From Nemertoderma westbladi (taxonomy: Eukaryota > Animalia > Xenacoelomorpha): a DNA stretch of 64,000 nt. The translations under genes and the position numbers were made by a program. This document shows, in pieces, positions 47,901 through 61,068 of the stretch. Position 1 is the stretch's first letter. The number at the start of each line of letters is the position of its first letter. Location of the stretch: contig JAUCBJ010007137.1 in NCBI GenBank assembly GCA_032718475.1, positions 12,947 to 76,946 of the forward strand. Direction: 5' to 3'. The notes beneath the pieces are model-generated. The model made no database searches. It was not told the origin of the DNA and saw nothing but the letters and a program-made list of their open reading frames with translations.

Positions 47901-50900
47901 TGAAGCTCTAAATCGGCAGGAAAGGTGGTCTGCAAAGGAAAGTATACCCTTGGTATGGTATAGTCTTGTAGGAACGTCAGTTGGGCTTCCCAGTCCCTCC
48001 ATTGCTCAGCTAACTTTTCTGGGATGGGATTGTCCCATTCCAGTCCGGCTTGCCAAATGCTGCGGAGTATGATCCTAGCATGTAGGATCACTGGACTAAT
48101 GAAACACAATGGGTCATACAATCAACTCATGGTCGATAAGCAAGTCCTCTTAGTGAGAGGTCTAGTCTGGTCGTTGGACCTTACACGTACCCTAAAATTG
48201 TCGGTGTTAGGGTCCCAACTAAGTGCTAATACTTTGGTCGTCGGTAGAGGTTCTAGGTCTAAGTCTAAGTCACCTCCACTGCGATCCGTCGGGTCAAATG
48301 AGTTCACTAGTTCGGGTTCGTTGGAAACGAACTTCGTCAGGCGGAATCCGCCCTCAGTGAGACAATCCTGGAGTTGGTGTGCTACAGTTGTAGCGCGCTC
48401 CAAAGTGTCACAACTCTTGGGGCCGTCATCCACGTAGAAATCTCGTTCCTCTGTCCGAACTACTTCTGGGTCAAATTGGTCTCGTCTGTCTAGTGCGGTC
48501 TGCTTTAAGGCGTACATGGTGCAGTTGGGGCTGTCCCTGGCTCCGAAAACTCTTACCTGCATTTGGTAAGTTTCTGGCGGAAGTTCTAAATTTCCGTCCG
48601 GATACCAAAGAAACCTCAAGCTGTCCCTGTCCCGCTCCAAAGCCTTAACCTGGTGAAACATGGCCTCTACGTCACAGGTGAAAGCCACTTTGCGTTGTCT
48701 AAAACGCATTAGGACTCACATGAGATAATTATTCATATTTGGCCCGTCCATCAATTCGCTATTCATAGACATCCCTTGGTAAAGCGCGGCGCAGTTGTTG
48801 ACTACACGCACCTTGCCAGGTTTGTCCGGGTGTCGAACAAAATGATGTGGCAGGTAATATGTCTGGTCTGTGGTTACCTCGAGATTTAACATCCTAATGG
48901 CGTATCCCTTTTGGAGATACGTCTGAAGTTGCGCATTGTATTGCATATGGGCCGTCTCGTCTCGCAACAATCGCTGCCTTATTGATTTGAGTCGCCTCAA
49001 AGCAAGCGGGTAATTGTTAACGAGCTTAGGTTTTCCATTGCGCCACAACATGCCAACCTCGTAGTGGCCATTCGCGGTCTGGCGAATGGTATCTCTCATA
49101 ATATTTAATGACTGTTTTTCCTGTTCTGACATAGCGGTCTTGTAACTACTGGGTTCTGCTGAGTCCTGTTCCAACCATTGAATGGTCCGTTCAGTCAGCA
49201 GTCGGTCAAGCGCTGCTTGCACTGCGCCATGGTCCTCATCCACATCTTCGTCCGCTGCGGTGGCTAGTGTCAATGTGTCTCGTAGGCTCGCAAGCCTTCC
49301 GGTGTCACTAGTCGGCGTCGAATCGTCGTGCGACGGTTTGACAACTTCTTGATCTGTCGGTAGGCTTGCAAGCCTTCCAAGATCAACAACCGGTGTTGAA
49401 GCCTGGTGGGTGGGGTCAATGACCTTCGGATTTTTCGGTAGGCTCGCAAGCCTTCCAAAATCCTCGTTCATCGAGTCATCCACAGCAACAACCCTTTGGT
49501 CTTCGGTAGTCAATACAACCTGGTTTACTGCAAGTAGTTGTAAGTCAGAGGTTCGTGTGGTCATGTCCAGATCAGTTACGTCAGTATCAGTGGCGTCTGC
49601 GTTAGCGACGCAAGTCTGTCGTAGTGCAGTCTGTACAATTGGACCTCAGGAGTGTGAAGGAGAATTATCTATAGTGTTAGTCAATAAACTACACGTACTC
49701 AAAACGTCGTCCTCCTGATCACTTGCCTCTAGTGAACATATTGGTGCTCTAGTATACCAACCTATGGGAGTTCTACATGCGTAGGGGTTGCCCGCTGTAA
49801 TAACAGATGGGCGTGTCTCCCATACCTGATGTAAGTTAAACTGGTCTGTCCCAAACAACATCGCGATTGAGCAATAATTGACAGGACATTCCGGTATTCC
49901 AAGGTGTCGGAAATACTTACAATCTTCCGGTGATTGCTCTGGCACAGGGTCGAGCAAGTTACTAAAGTCCTTCGTAGCTGCAAAGGTCAAATTTCTTACC
50001 GGAAGTAATGAGCGCTCCTCCTTGCTGTGTTCCGCTTTGGAAAGAAGAGTGTCTAAGGTTAGTTTTACTCTTGTAACAGGAATCGCTCTCTTACCATGCA
50101 TGCTGCTTACAGTATACTGAGCAGTCTTACCTTGACTCATGTCCATAACCACGTTGGCTACTTGTTTGTCGACATAACTATGCGATGACGCAGAGTCTAA
50201 GATAGCGTATATACGCTTACTCCCTCGGGTTCCGGTAATCTTTATAGGAATCACGCTAAACCCTTTCAATTGGTTCTGTGTGAGGAGTGTTACCAATGGC
50301 TGTTCCTCACCCGCATGCACGTAGAAAGTGTCATCTTCCTCCTCGTCCTCGTCCGATGATCCTGACTGGTTCATACAGTCTGTATAAAACGTACGGATCT
50401 CGTGCGGCGCACGCTCCTTGTATAGTGCGTCGCATCTAGCCGCTTTATATGGATACTCTCCTCGAAAGCGTTTGGTCGGAGTGTGACTAGTTGTGTGAAG
50501 TAACACGTGATGGTTACGTCCACACTGAGGACTTGTATCGTCGCTCAGGCAATCCTTCCGGATGTGCCCTGGCTTCGTACATCGCCAGCAAGAATCCAAC
50601 TATCGAATTTGAAGTCTTCTCTCTTCGATTCCTAACTCCTTAAAAGCGCAAAATCCACGAAGTTTATGTCTGCTATAGTTTCTGACGTTCCGCTCGCAGT
50701 ATGAGAATCCCACAAAGTCCGCCGGCAACTGTTGTCGTGGCTGCGTGGTGCCAATAGGTGTCAGAACTTTAGAAGTCTCAGTAGGGGTGGCATAGGTAAC
50801 GGCTTTCGCGTTCGTCGGAAATGGTTTAGTCCGAGTCGGCGCAGAAATAGCTATCCCTTCTGCCGCGATATGGTGATCAGTGTAATTCGATCGAGTCTCG

Positions 50901-53900
50901 ATAACAGCCTCCCGCGAAATCAGTTGGTAGACGTCGGAGAGTTTTAATAGCCCGCCGGCTTCTTCACGCTGGTACTCAATGCGTCGCCATTCTCGTCAAA
51001 GTCGATGATGAAGTCGACCGATTATCCTGATGAGAACCGTCGGTGCATTAGCGTACTCGAGTTGTCCAATGGACCGCAAAGTCCCTATAGCGTTCTTAAT
51101 TTCCTCCGCGAGTCGTAAAAGATCGTTCAGTTTCGAAATGCTGCCTCCTCTGCAGAGGTCTTTGATAATGGATTTAGCCATGGCGACGTTACCTCCGTAA
51201 ATCGAGTACAAACGGTCGTACGCAAACTCAAAGGCATCTGGAACACCAATAAAGGTTTCCGCTCACCAGACAGGACTTGGAGCAAGTAATTAAACTTCTC
51301 CGTCGAGGTAAAAGCACACTTAGCGATCTGGGACTCTACGTAGTCTACCAGTGTGCGCCAGTGTTTCGCGTTGCCAGAGAACTTCGGCGGTTGCTGTGCC
51401 GGTAATCCGTGTCTAGCCGCGAATTTTGCAATCTCGCTAACTAAATCCAACTGTCCGCGTCCCTGTTCAGTGGCGTCGTCTAGTCGCTCCCTTCCGCGCG
51501 TTGTTCGTCGGTAGGAAATATTAACGGGATCTTCTTCTCAATGGGTCGGAGTCTATCTAGTCTCCTGTTCTCTCCTTGGTGGTCGATGTTGTCTAGGTTG
51601 TTCTAACTCCACGCTGGTTCGTGATCAGTCCGACGGTTGCGCTTCAAGTCGTTCTTCGAGTTGAGGTAGTCGGTCCGTCATCTCGGTGAACTGTTTGGCG
51701 ATAATCGCTTCCGTTGGTTGCAACGTGGGTTTCTGTTGGGGTGTTTCTCGTGGTGGATTCTCAATGTATGGATTTGTCGATCTCTCCTTCCATTTGTAAT
51801 CCGCTGCCACTGCCGCTCCAGTACGGAATATTTCCCGTTCCGTCGACTCCGAGTCGCTAGATGAGGTGGTTGGCGGGTTCACGTCCGGCGTATTATTCTT
51901 GGTCGAGTTTGTTGTGGTCTGGGATCTACGGCTCTCCGTTGTTCGGTAGGCTCGCAAGCCTTCCACGTAGTCGTAGGTCTCGTTGAACTCGGTTCGATCC
52001 TGTGGGTACTACCCACATCCGTCGTCCTTCGTCGTTCGGTAGGCTCGCAAGCCTTCCATGAAGTCATAGGTCTCGATAAACATTGGGTGAGAGGTCTAGT
52101 AAAAACATCAGAGTTAAGCTCTACTGTAGGTTTATAAATGACTGGGTTCGCGCAGCACGTCATAGGTTTAACTTGTAATGGTTTACTCACCTGTTTTACT
52201 GTCATAAACGCAGGTTCGTCTCTCTCTACAAGTAAACTACGGCTTACAGTAGGTGGACTAATTATCTTACCTGCGAGAATCGGCGATGGAGTCGCTCGTG
52301 GCTGCGGAATTGATACCGTCATAACAAACCTATTACCTTGCACGGGTGATATTTCCTTCGGTTTTGCAACCATATCCAGTTTTACTGGAGTCGTGGGTTT
52401 GAGCATAGGAATAACTTGGGGAAAACGTTTACAGTAATCCTTGACGAACTCCTCTCCTCGATCTATCGCTCCCACACTTCCTTCCTCGATTCGCGTCTGA
52501 ATTCCGCGATATTGAGTCTCCATGCAATCCAGGGCAGACAAGTCATGTCCAGCTCGAGACCTTATAGATCTATCTCTCGCGTCGAGTTCAAGGTCCTCTT
52601 GCGCGTTCGCCGCCTCGCGCGATCTGCGATTTAGTTCAAACTGGAGCTGAATCTCCCTTTCGCGTCGATCTGCTTCCTGTTGTTGTGCCGCTAACTCCGC
52701 TTCATGTATAGCTAAACAAGCGTTTATTTGTCGCGCCTCCAACTTGGCACGAGCGTCGGATGATGCTTTCTTCCGTGCTAACTCAGCTGCGTTTACCGCC
52801 GCAACTCGTGCTAACTCGTCAGCTGCCGCCCGTCGTGCTACTCATCAGCTGCTGCCTGTTGTGCTAACTCGTCGGCTGCTGCCGCCGCGGCAGCTTCTTG
52901 CGCTAAGTCCTCCTCCAGTCTCCGCATTTCTGAAGCTTCAAATTCGGCTTGAGCATGGAGTTTCGCAAAGTTCGCTACATCCTCTCTGCGCTGTCTTTCT
53001 CCTTCGATGGCGATCTGCGCCATCTGCCGTTGCGCTTCTTCCTCGACGACTTGTTTTCGGCGTGCGACCTCCTGTTGTTGTCGAGTAATTACAGACGCTG
53101 TTCTACTAACGTCGCCAACGTCGCTCCATACACTAACAAACGATCTATCCAGTGGTGGAATTTGGTAGGCTCGCGAGCCTTCCATAGGTAGAACTTCTGT
53201 CGACCCTCTCGGTACAACTTCCGGTTCTTCAATCGGTACGCCGCATCTATGAAGAAAATTAGTGAGCGTCTCTAACCTCCCGTCCAGGCAGTATAGTTCT
53301 TCTTCCTCTTTGGGTTGTAACAACGCATCCGAAACTGACTCACCTAGCAGTTGGTCAAACTGCTCCTGTTGAGCCAATCTTATTACTGACTTAAACTGGA
53401 TAAGGCTTTCCCTTGCACTTACCAACTTATATATTATCTTTACCTGAGTAAAGTTGTCACCATGCAACACTGCAAGTTCGTGTAAACCTTTAAGTTTATC
53501 TACGGAAGCATGTACCCTACTTCTATCCTTACCTGTAAGGTGTAGAACTCGTATCTCGTATCGGGGCAGTTAACTTGCGTAAAACGCGAAACCCTTCTCC
53601 GAAGGTTTGAGTGATCTGGGCCATGTGTCCTCCTATACTCCTAATAATGTTCTCCTGGCTTCTAGTCGAACTTACCATGTCCGGTTCCCGCGATCTGGTC
53701 AGCGGGACGGTAAGGAAATCTTCGATTCTGCTGTCGCCATGCGTTGCGGCTTCCGGTATTTCCGTTCGGGGTACCGGCGACGCAAGCGGTGTGACATCGG
53801 TAGAATCTTGGGTTCTCCTTCTCGGTTCATCTACTGTCGATCTGTCCGGGTCGCACGAGTCATAGTCGGTAGGTGGGTATCAAGTCGAATGTGGTGTATC

Positions 53901-53906
53901 ACTCAT
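44962..53906 (-). pseudogene. Element B gag-pol with many stops and frameshifts
   Basis: gag pieces at 50996-53906; protease AILDSAS (49646-50599); RT DVEAMFHQV/FYVDD (48122-48709); RNase H LHSFSDAS (47849-48121); integrase (44962-46500). Confidence 0.92.
46830..47285 (-). repeat. Coding 12-bp repeats (PDCS/PDYS/PDVS) between RNase H and integrase
   Basis: SPDCSPDYSPDCSPDYS... in ORF 45613-47892. Confidence 0.9.
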
Positions 53907-54826
53907 GTCTATTATATACGTCAAGTACGGGTAATAAAATGTCAAAGTATCAGAATGTCGAAATGTCAAAATTACCTTGGTATATATATATACTATATAT
54001 ACACCCTAACCGGTACTAATAAAATCAAAAGGGTATATAATAAAATATAATAATCTAGCCTACCAGCTAAATTTGTACAAATAAGTGAGATAACGGTATA
54101 CGTTACCAAAATGTAGATCAACAAGTACAAATAATAGGCAAAACAGCAACGTCTAATGGGAAAATAAATACCAACAACACTACTAATTAGACAGTGAAAC
54201 CCACAAATTTTGAGTACTACTGTGCTTTTAAGTTTGAATGACACGAGTCGTAAAACTTACGCTCCTTTGATCTTCCAGTTGTGCAAATTCCCAAATACAA
54301 ACCGGACGTGGGTCATTCCATTTTTCGGCGGCGCGGACAAATTTTGTGTCTCCCAAACTTTGCGAAAAGCGGTCTAATCCTCGAAGGGTCCAGAAATGAG
54401 TCCTTGAGTCCTGAAAATTCGAAGGTGAGAGTTTTACTTCTACTCTACGAAAAATCTTCCTAGGTACCAATACAACTTGGTCTTTAAACCCTATGTACCT
54501 TTTCAAGTACCGAAAGTAACACCGCACACACACGGCGTAAAACAAAATGCTACAAACTAACTATTAGCTAGTCAAATATTAAATACGAAACTACTAGCTA
54601 CCCAAAAGGCCTACTGGCAGGGGAAGTTCTACAAATTACTAATTTTACTAATTTTAAATTGTAAATATCTCCTACTTTTACAATAGCTAACAATATATAT
54701 TTATATACATATTTCTCACTGAAAAGTCCAGTAGTATACCGCTTACCGGATCCTAGTAATGATGTATCTTACCGTAAGATCTAGTAATGTATACGAGCTC
54801 GTACAGTATCTGACAACAAATCCCAG

Positions 54827-56898
54827 TCCAGGGTATCTAAACAAACAGATACAATACACAAACGACTACTGGCGAGGAGCAGAGCCTAGTGTCTATTCTA
54901 TGTACGTGAGCGGGTCTAATGCCAACGAACTAGACAAAAGGACACCTGTCCTCTAACCGGTATGGCAGATGTACAGTTACAGTAACAGACCAAACTCACG
55001 GGAAAACAATCCCCACGCAGCGAATCCTAACTATCGCTGACAGTCCTAAATACCGTAACTTGCTGCGGTGTGATTTATATGGTTTAATATTATGGGTGTG
55101 ATTTATATGGTTTATATATGAGCTAGTGGGTTAACAGACCTAGCGTAACAATACTGATCCCCCTGTACGAAATCAGTCTAAAGAGGGTCGTGCCTAATGT
55201 AACGATACCGTTGCTCAGACAAACAACAGTTTAATAACGAAATAAATACTCCCTTTTGCCGTAACTAAATATCAGATCCTAAACTTACAAATACGAATAG
55301 TAAATTACAGATAAATTCTGCCTAAAGGTAATCTAAAGTGCGCTATCTAGTAGAACTCTAAAGATAAATATGTTTTAGGGCGTGTGTGTGGGTGTGTTAC
55401 AATAAAACAATTTTGGTGTATATCATTTTACTAGGTTTTAGTAATTCTCTGACCGAAACAATACCGTGCGCTTTCTACTAAAATAAGCTAGTCGCGTTTT
55501 GTAGAACTTTATACTTACAAATGACGTCAAAGCTCTCTCCTTCCTATCCACAACTCAACCAGGCAATTATGGTGTTAGTAACTACACCCGTGGTCGGCAC
55601 AAATACCAGATTCTGGTTGTAAGATAAGAAATAGGGGTTAATCGCTACCGTACGTTAGCTGGTATACAAATTTGATTCTAGAACTTTGTTGCTGCGGTAG
55701 TTAGCAGCAAATACCTATCAGTATGTGGCAAGGCGCAGTAGGATATTAATAAAACCTCCCTAGGCCAAGCGGTGTGCCGGTGGCAGAAATACTCCTTGCC
55801 TGATCAAATAACTAAGTTCAGACAGAGAGGGGGGGGGGGGGGGGGGGGTACCGGTACCAAACAGTCAGTACTACGAATCACTAAATTATGGAACATATGC
55901 TGTCCGTACCTAATATGTACTCGCGTACTGACGAACGGCATTAGTTCGCACCTGTGAGAAATACAGGTTAACCCAGGGATTTGTAATACTGAGGGGGGGG
56001 GGGGGGGGGAGGGGGGGGTTTGTCTAAATATAATTATTTGACCCTAAACTTGCGGCGTCCCAGGACAGCGTCACGCTTACCCTGATCTATAGGTCTTACG
56101 TCGGGCAAGGGCGTCGAACAAAGTCTTACCTTCCTCGTAAAGCGGGCACTGCATGGCAATGTGGAGTATTTCGAAGGGTGAAGGGGGTGCGCGGTCTAAT
56201 CTAATGTGGGCGCTAGCGTGTTGTGGACATCCTTTCCCTGCGTTGCTGACGGCCTAACGGTCTAGGCTGCCATCTTCCCAATGCTTGGCTGTCCCAAAGT
56301 TGGACCAAAGGAAAACATGTTCAGGAATTTACAGTGTATTTACAGTTTAGCAAAGATTTATCAAACAGATTTACCAATAGTTTCAACAAGAAACAAATAA
56401 ATGACAACTAAAGCATAACGAGAAGTTATACGCAAATGATTAGTGTATGTATCTCGAATGATTAGTGCAAGAGTGATAACCGAAGGCAAACCAGCCCTTT
56501 ATATACTAAATCTGGGACATAGAATCCGCTAGAACCTTCCAGAGTATTCCATGGCCTCACATTGGAGCAATAAGATGTTCCATGCCCTATGATTGGCCCA
56601 ACTCATCGTTCGATATGTTGTACGCACCTCATTGGCTTACCAATCTGTACCAAATGAAAATAAATTGCCCCAAAATACAAATTTCCCGACTGGGATTCGA
56701 ACTCGTAACCTATCTGTAATGTAACCAACGCCTTAACCATCTGACCACTACGCCACAAGAGTAACTAGGGGTTTTATGTGTACAAATATGAACAGGCATA
56801 TTACATTACTGTAACTTAATCAAAATGCGTCGGATTTTCGAAAGTTTTTACGTTAAAGTTAAACTACAAATGCTATCTTATAGTGAAATAATTCATCA
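54827..56898 (-). repeat. Element B 5' LTR (~2.07 kb or slightly longer)
   Basis: Uninterrupted copy of 22820-23919 plus 42337-43315; the inner boundary is uncertain. Confidence 0.88.
56672..56754 (-). ncRNA. tRNA-like Pol III unit, B 5' LTR
   Basis: Same as 43091-43173. Confidence 0.6.
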
Positions 56899-57144
56899 AC
56901 CAACGTTTTAACCCCAGCAGTGCGGCAAAGAAGGGCTGGTTGAACATTTAAATGCATGGGTAAATGAATTCGGCGTTCACATTCCTAAGGCCCTGAGGGC
57001 TAAACAGATTTAAAAAGTACTATACACTAATAGGTTAGATAGGGCAACAAATTCCGATAGCCCCAAATTATGGCGACTCCGACTCTAAAAAGTCAAAATA
57101 TAAATTAATAAAAATATCTATGAAACAACAAAATTATAAAAATA

Positions 57145-57565
57145 TTTATTACTCAGTAATAAATAAAACTCAGTAACAATTTCTTATATTACTGTATTGC
57201 AGTGAAAAATATTTTTTTATTACTGCAGTAATAGATATTTAAAACAGCAGTAACAAATATTTATTACTGCAGTCTTAACAAATATTTATTACTGCTGTTT
57301 AAAATATTAAAAAAACTTTTTTTTTACTGCAGTAACATATAATTGTTACTGCAGAACAAGAAAATTTTTTTATTACTGAAGTAATAAATATTTATTACTG
57401 CAGTCTTAACAAATATTTATTACAGCTGTTTAAAATATTTAAAAAAAAATTTTTTACTGCAGTAACATATACTGTAATTGTTACTGCAGAAAAAGAAAGT
57501 TTTTTTATTACTGCAGTAATAATTAATTGTCACTGCAGTAACAAATATTTAATACTGCAGTAATT
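57145..57565. repeat. AT-rich array of palindromic ttactgcagtaa motifs with ~120-bp higher-order units
   Basis: Repeated ttactgcagtaa/ttactg; 57255-57375 is repeated at 57385-57510. Confidence 0.8.
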
Positions 57566-57679
57566 TTTGGAGGCAGTCTTATTGTTACATAGAGTTTTTT
57601 ATTGCTTATATTTCGACTCTTTAGTCAAAGTTAATATGCCCCATCATATAGCCAGCTTCAGGCAGGACTGTATGAAATG

Positions 57680-58130
57680 ACTGACAGTACTACTTTGAAA
57701 TCTTTGAAATCTTTGAAGAGACACTTTGTCATTTCTTGGACTACTTTTAGAACTTTGAGAAACTTTTAGTTCTTTGAGAAAATCTCAAAGAACATATGCA
57801 CTTTGAGACCCCGACTGTATCTGTTGCTCGCATGATATTGTTCCCCGAGAATGCCTCTGTATCTGTTAACTTACCACGAGCTGTCAATCAGGAATACCTC
57901 GAAGTTTATTTTCTCAAAAAATTCAAAGTGTCGTAAATTACCTCAAAGTGTTATTTCTCAAAGAATTCAAAGTGCCTAAAAGCAGGAAATCACTTTGAGA
58001 TTCCCAACTAAAAGTGTATACAAGAATTCAAAGCGGCCTTTGGGAGTAATGTAATGACTTTTAGACACTTTTAGAAAATCTTTGAGAAAATCTCAAAGAA
58101 CAGGATGCACTTTGAGACCCCGACTGTAGA
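57680..58130. repeat. ctttgag/ctcaaag-rich repeat, possible MITE remnants
   Basis: Direct repeat ctttgagaaaatctcaaagaaca..tgcactttgagaccccgactgta at ~57772-57818 and ~58080-58128. Confidence 0.55.
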
Positions 58131-58261
58131 TAACGTAATAACACATTATACGAGTGGGGCATATAGATGGCCCATAACAATAAGCATGAAAGTACAGCAT
58201 AGATATTTGATTATTGTTATTGTATTTGATTCGATTATTTTATTATAAATTAGAATCTGTT

Positions 58262-58730
58262 TGTGGGGCGAGCCACGAAGTTGGCGGAGCCTTAGCGAAT
58301 TGACACTGTTAGGGGGTGGGTCAATTTATGCAAATAGTTGTCGTCGTCGTCGTCGTTGTCGTCGTCGTCGTCGTTGTCGTCGTCGTCGTCGTCGTCGTTA
58401 CGATTTTGACATGCTAATAACTTTGTCGGATTTAAAGCTGCCAAGTTGAAAATTTGTAGGTATCAATATGAGCAAAAGTTGAGATTTTTGAGAGACTTTC
58501 AGACACCATCAGTGCAATGGTCTCCCGCTAGAGGGCCACATGTCTAAACATTAACTGCCCTCCCATTTCTTTGCTTTTAATCCGTTTAAGCTGAAACTTG
58601 GCAGATATGTATTAGACCATTAGCTGTGACTAACGACGACAACTATTTGCATAAATTGACCCACACCCTAACAGTGTCAATTCGCTAAGGCTCTGCCAAC
58701 TTCGTGCTGCGCGAAGGCCCCACTTCGTGT
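58262..58730 (+). mobile_element. Second copy of the HINE-like (GTC)n element
   Basis: Near-identical to 9538-10026. Confidence 0.75.
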
Positions 58731-59309
58731 TATATATATACATCGTGTCAGTGAACTAGTGTTTCTGTTATTCCCTGTCAGCTGGTAAGCAAGGCCTACT
58801 TGGCTGGATTAGTGGATTTCCTCGACTTTTGGAACCAGTAGTGTAAAAAAAAGCTTACTTACTGTACCGCACCTACCGGCTGACCGGTAGCCGCTTCAAC
58901 CTGCCTGGTTAGCCTCACCTTACCCTACCTATTGTACGGCCTGACAGCCTGATTGTATTTCCCCTGTTCGTGTATATTATTTTATACTGCTTATTGCTGT
59001 ATTAGGCCTATATTTTATCGATACCCGCTGGATAGGCCCTATTACTCGAGGTGTTTTCCCATATCTAGGCCTACACCATACACCCTACTTCTCACCACTC
59101 TGGCGTGGTGGCCGCGTTTGTGATTATTCCTACACCCCATTCACACGAGTTTATAAACCAGAAACCTATCCAGCACCTAGGCCTACAGATTCCAGTATTC
59201 CTGTATGCACCTGTACTGCTGTAGGCTAGCTCTGTAGCTAGTATTTATTATTTATTATTGATACAGTATAAAGTAACTGAGTAATACTGAACTCACCAGA
59301 AGAAACAAT

Positions 59310-61068
59310 ATGAATACAAATACCGGTACCGGGGTTACTAATATGCTAGATGGTTCCGTCTGCTAGGGAGAGGCGACTCAAATTGAACTTATCGAAGCTG
59401 CTAATAACTCCCAGATAATAATAAATGAACCTATTTTCATACCAAATACCGGTACAGGTACACTAGCTACATCGTTATTTCCCGTTTGGTCTACTGGTAC
59501 AAGAGGATCTACTTCCGGTAACGGTCCCTGCCTCGGAAAGCCTTCTCACAAACGCCCACGTGTCACAAGCAATAATTCGCCCAACCCTCCACAGGTGGGT
59601 CGAGTTTCCCCAGCAACATGCCGCCCAGAGGCCGGCAGGTTGGGATTCTAGCGCTACAGGTTTCGAAAACACTAGGTGGCAAACCGAAAACCACGGTTAT
59701 CCGTTCACCTCACCAGTCCAAGGAAGCCTATTCAGCGATCGTAGTGACACTCGCACTGGTCCGACAATAGGCCAACCGGGTTTATCGTTCTACCTAGAAA
59801 TGATTCCGGATATCAAGGCCGGTGTTGACGAGCTCAACCTTGCATTGGGGAAGGCAGCATGAGATATTCAAACCAATAGATCGAATATACAACGTCTCCA
59901 TAGATGCCACGTTGAATCGGAGAAGCAGAACTCCAGTCGTTGTTTACTTCTTACTGGGGCAGTGAAGAATCGAGGTGAGGTTGTTGAAGCTCTAATTGCA
60001 GAAATTATAACTACTAAATTACAAATATCGTCTCAGCTGAATATCGAACGAGCATTCCGGATCGGCGCGATAAAACCGAACTCTAAACGTCCCATTAAAG
60101 TCGAATTTTTAAGTCTAAAGACCAGGAACGCTGTCCTTACAGCAGGTCGTAACCTGTTGAGAGATTCGCCTTTAAAGTTTCTTGAAGATCTCCCCTATGA
60201 GCTTAGACAACAGCGTGATACACTATCACGTTTATCGCGGGAAGCCCGACGCGCTGGTGTAACCAACTCGTTGCGGGGAAATAACCTGTACTAAAACGGC
60301 ACCAAAATAAACGGATGGGAAGTTTACGAGAATCCTAATGTGAGGCTCTCAGACATTATTAATATTAATCCCAGTCAATGTGCTTCTGACTCTAACCCAC
60401 TAACATTCACATCACTTACTAACAATGTCTCGACTAGTGTATCTCTCAGACCCAATAGTTCCCGTCAAAGTGAAACTTATGATACTAATGGTTGCACAGC
60501 CCACCAGTACAGCAGCACTGGTGTAGTATTGGCTACTGTTCAAAATGTTTCACCAATTTCTCTAGGAGATACTGTAGCAAGTAGTAGTACTTGGACCGTA
60601 GTAGGTGGCACCGGTAATGTAGTTAGTACGCACATGCTAGATAGAACATCTCCGGGTATACCTGTATCTAATAGGTTTGATGTACTAGATATTAGCGTGG
60701 ATGAGGAGTCAGCCACAAAACCAGTAGATTTTGTAGTTACAGGTAGAAATAGAACTATTTCACTCAATATAGAGGATTGTGAAATAATTAACCACCAGAT
60801 GCCAAACAATCATGTAGCTAGTGAGTCGCTGCAGTCTCTTGTCCCTGCCACAGCTGTACTTAAAATAGTACTTTGCAAGGGTACTGCCGAAACAGCCATA
60901 GCTGGAATTTCACAGTCCAATTCTGGAATCCCAGAATGGGAGATCGAAAAACCATACCGTCAAATAATACCTATGGGCTACCAAGTACTAGCGGTAACCC
61001 AGAAACGGGTTCATCCATTGAAAGACATCCCATGGGTAACAACACGTATAATACACCATCGGATTTAA
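59310..61068 (+). pseudogene. Decayed LINE ORF1 region
   Basis: IERAFRIG..KRPIKVEFL..FLEDLPYELRQQR (59962-60294) is typical of RRM-type LINE ORF1 proteins; IPVSNRFDVL motif; several stops. Confidence 0.7.

Larger units (their letters stand above)
22820..56898 (-). mobile_element. BEL/Pao element B (decayed), with its 3' LTR interrupted by element A
   Basis: 5' LTR ~54827-56898 matches 22820-23919 plus 42337-43315. The LTR starts TGATG after ttttcatggagcgg. Broken gag-pol at 44962-53906. No TSD recoverable. Confidence 0.9.

Noticed and set aside
54747-54760. atcctagtaa in B's leader matches the 3' part of A's tRNA-like unit
   Set aside because: A 10-nt cross-element match away from the LTR boundary; cannot be distinguished from chance.
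56899-56905. TSD for element B
   Set aside because: The right flank (accaac) does not match the left flank (aatcca), and the HINE sequence does not resume, so the left junction is probably a deletion with TCCA microhomology.
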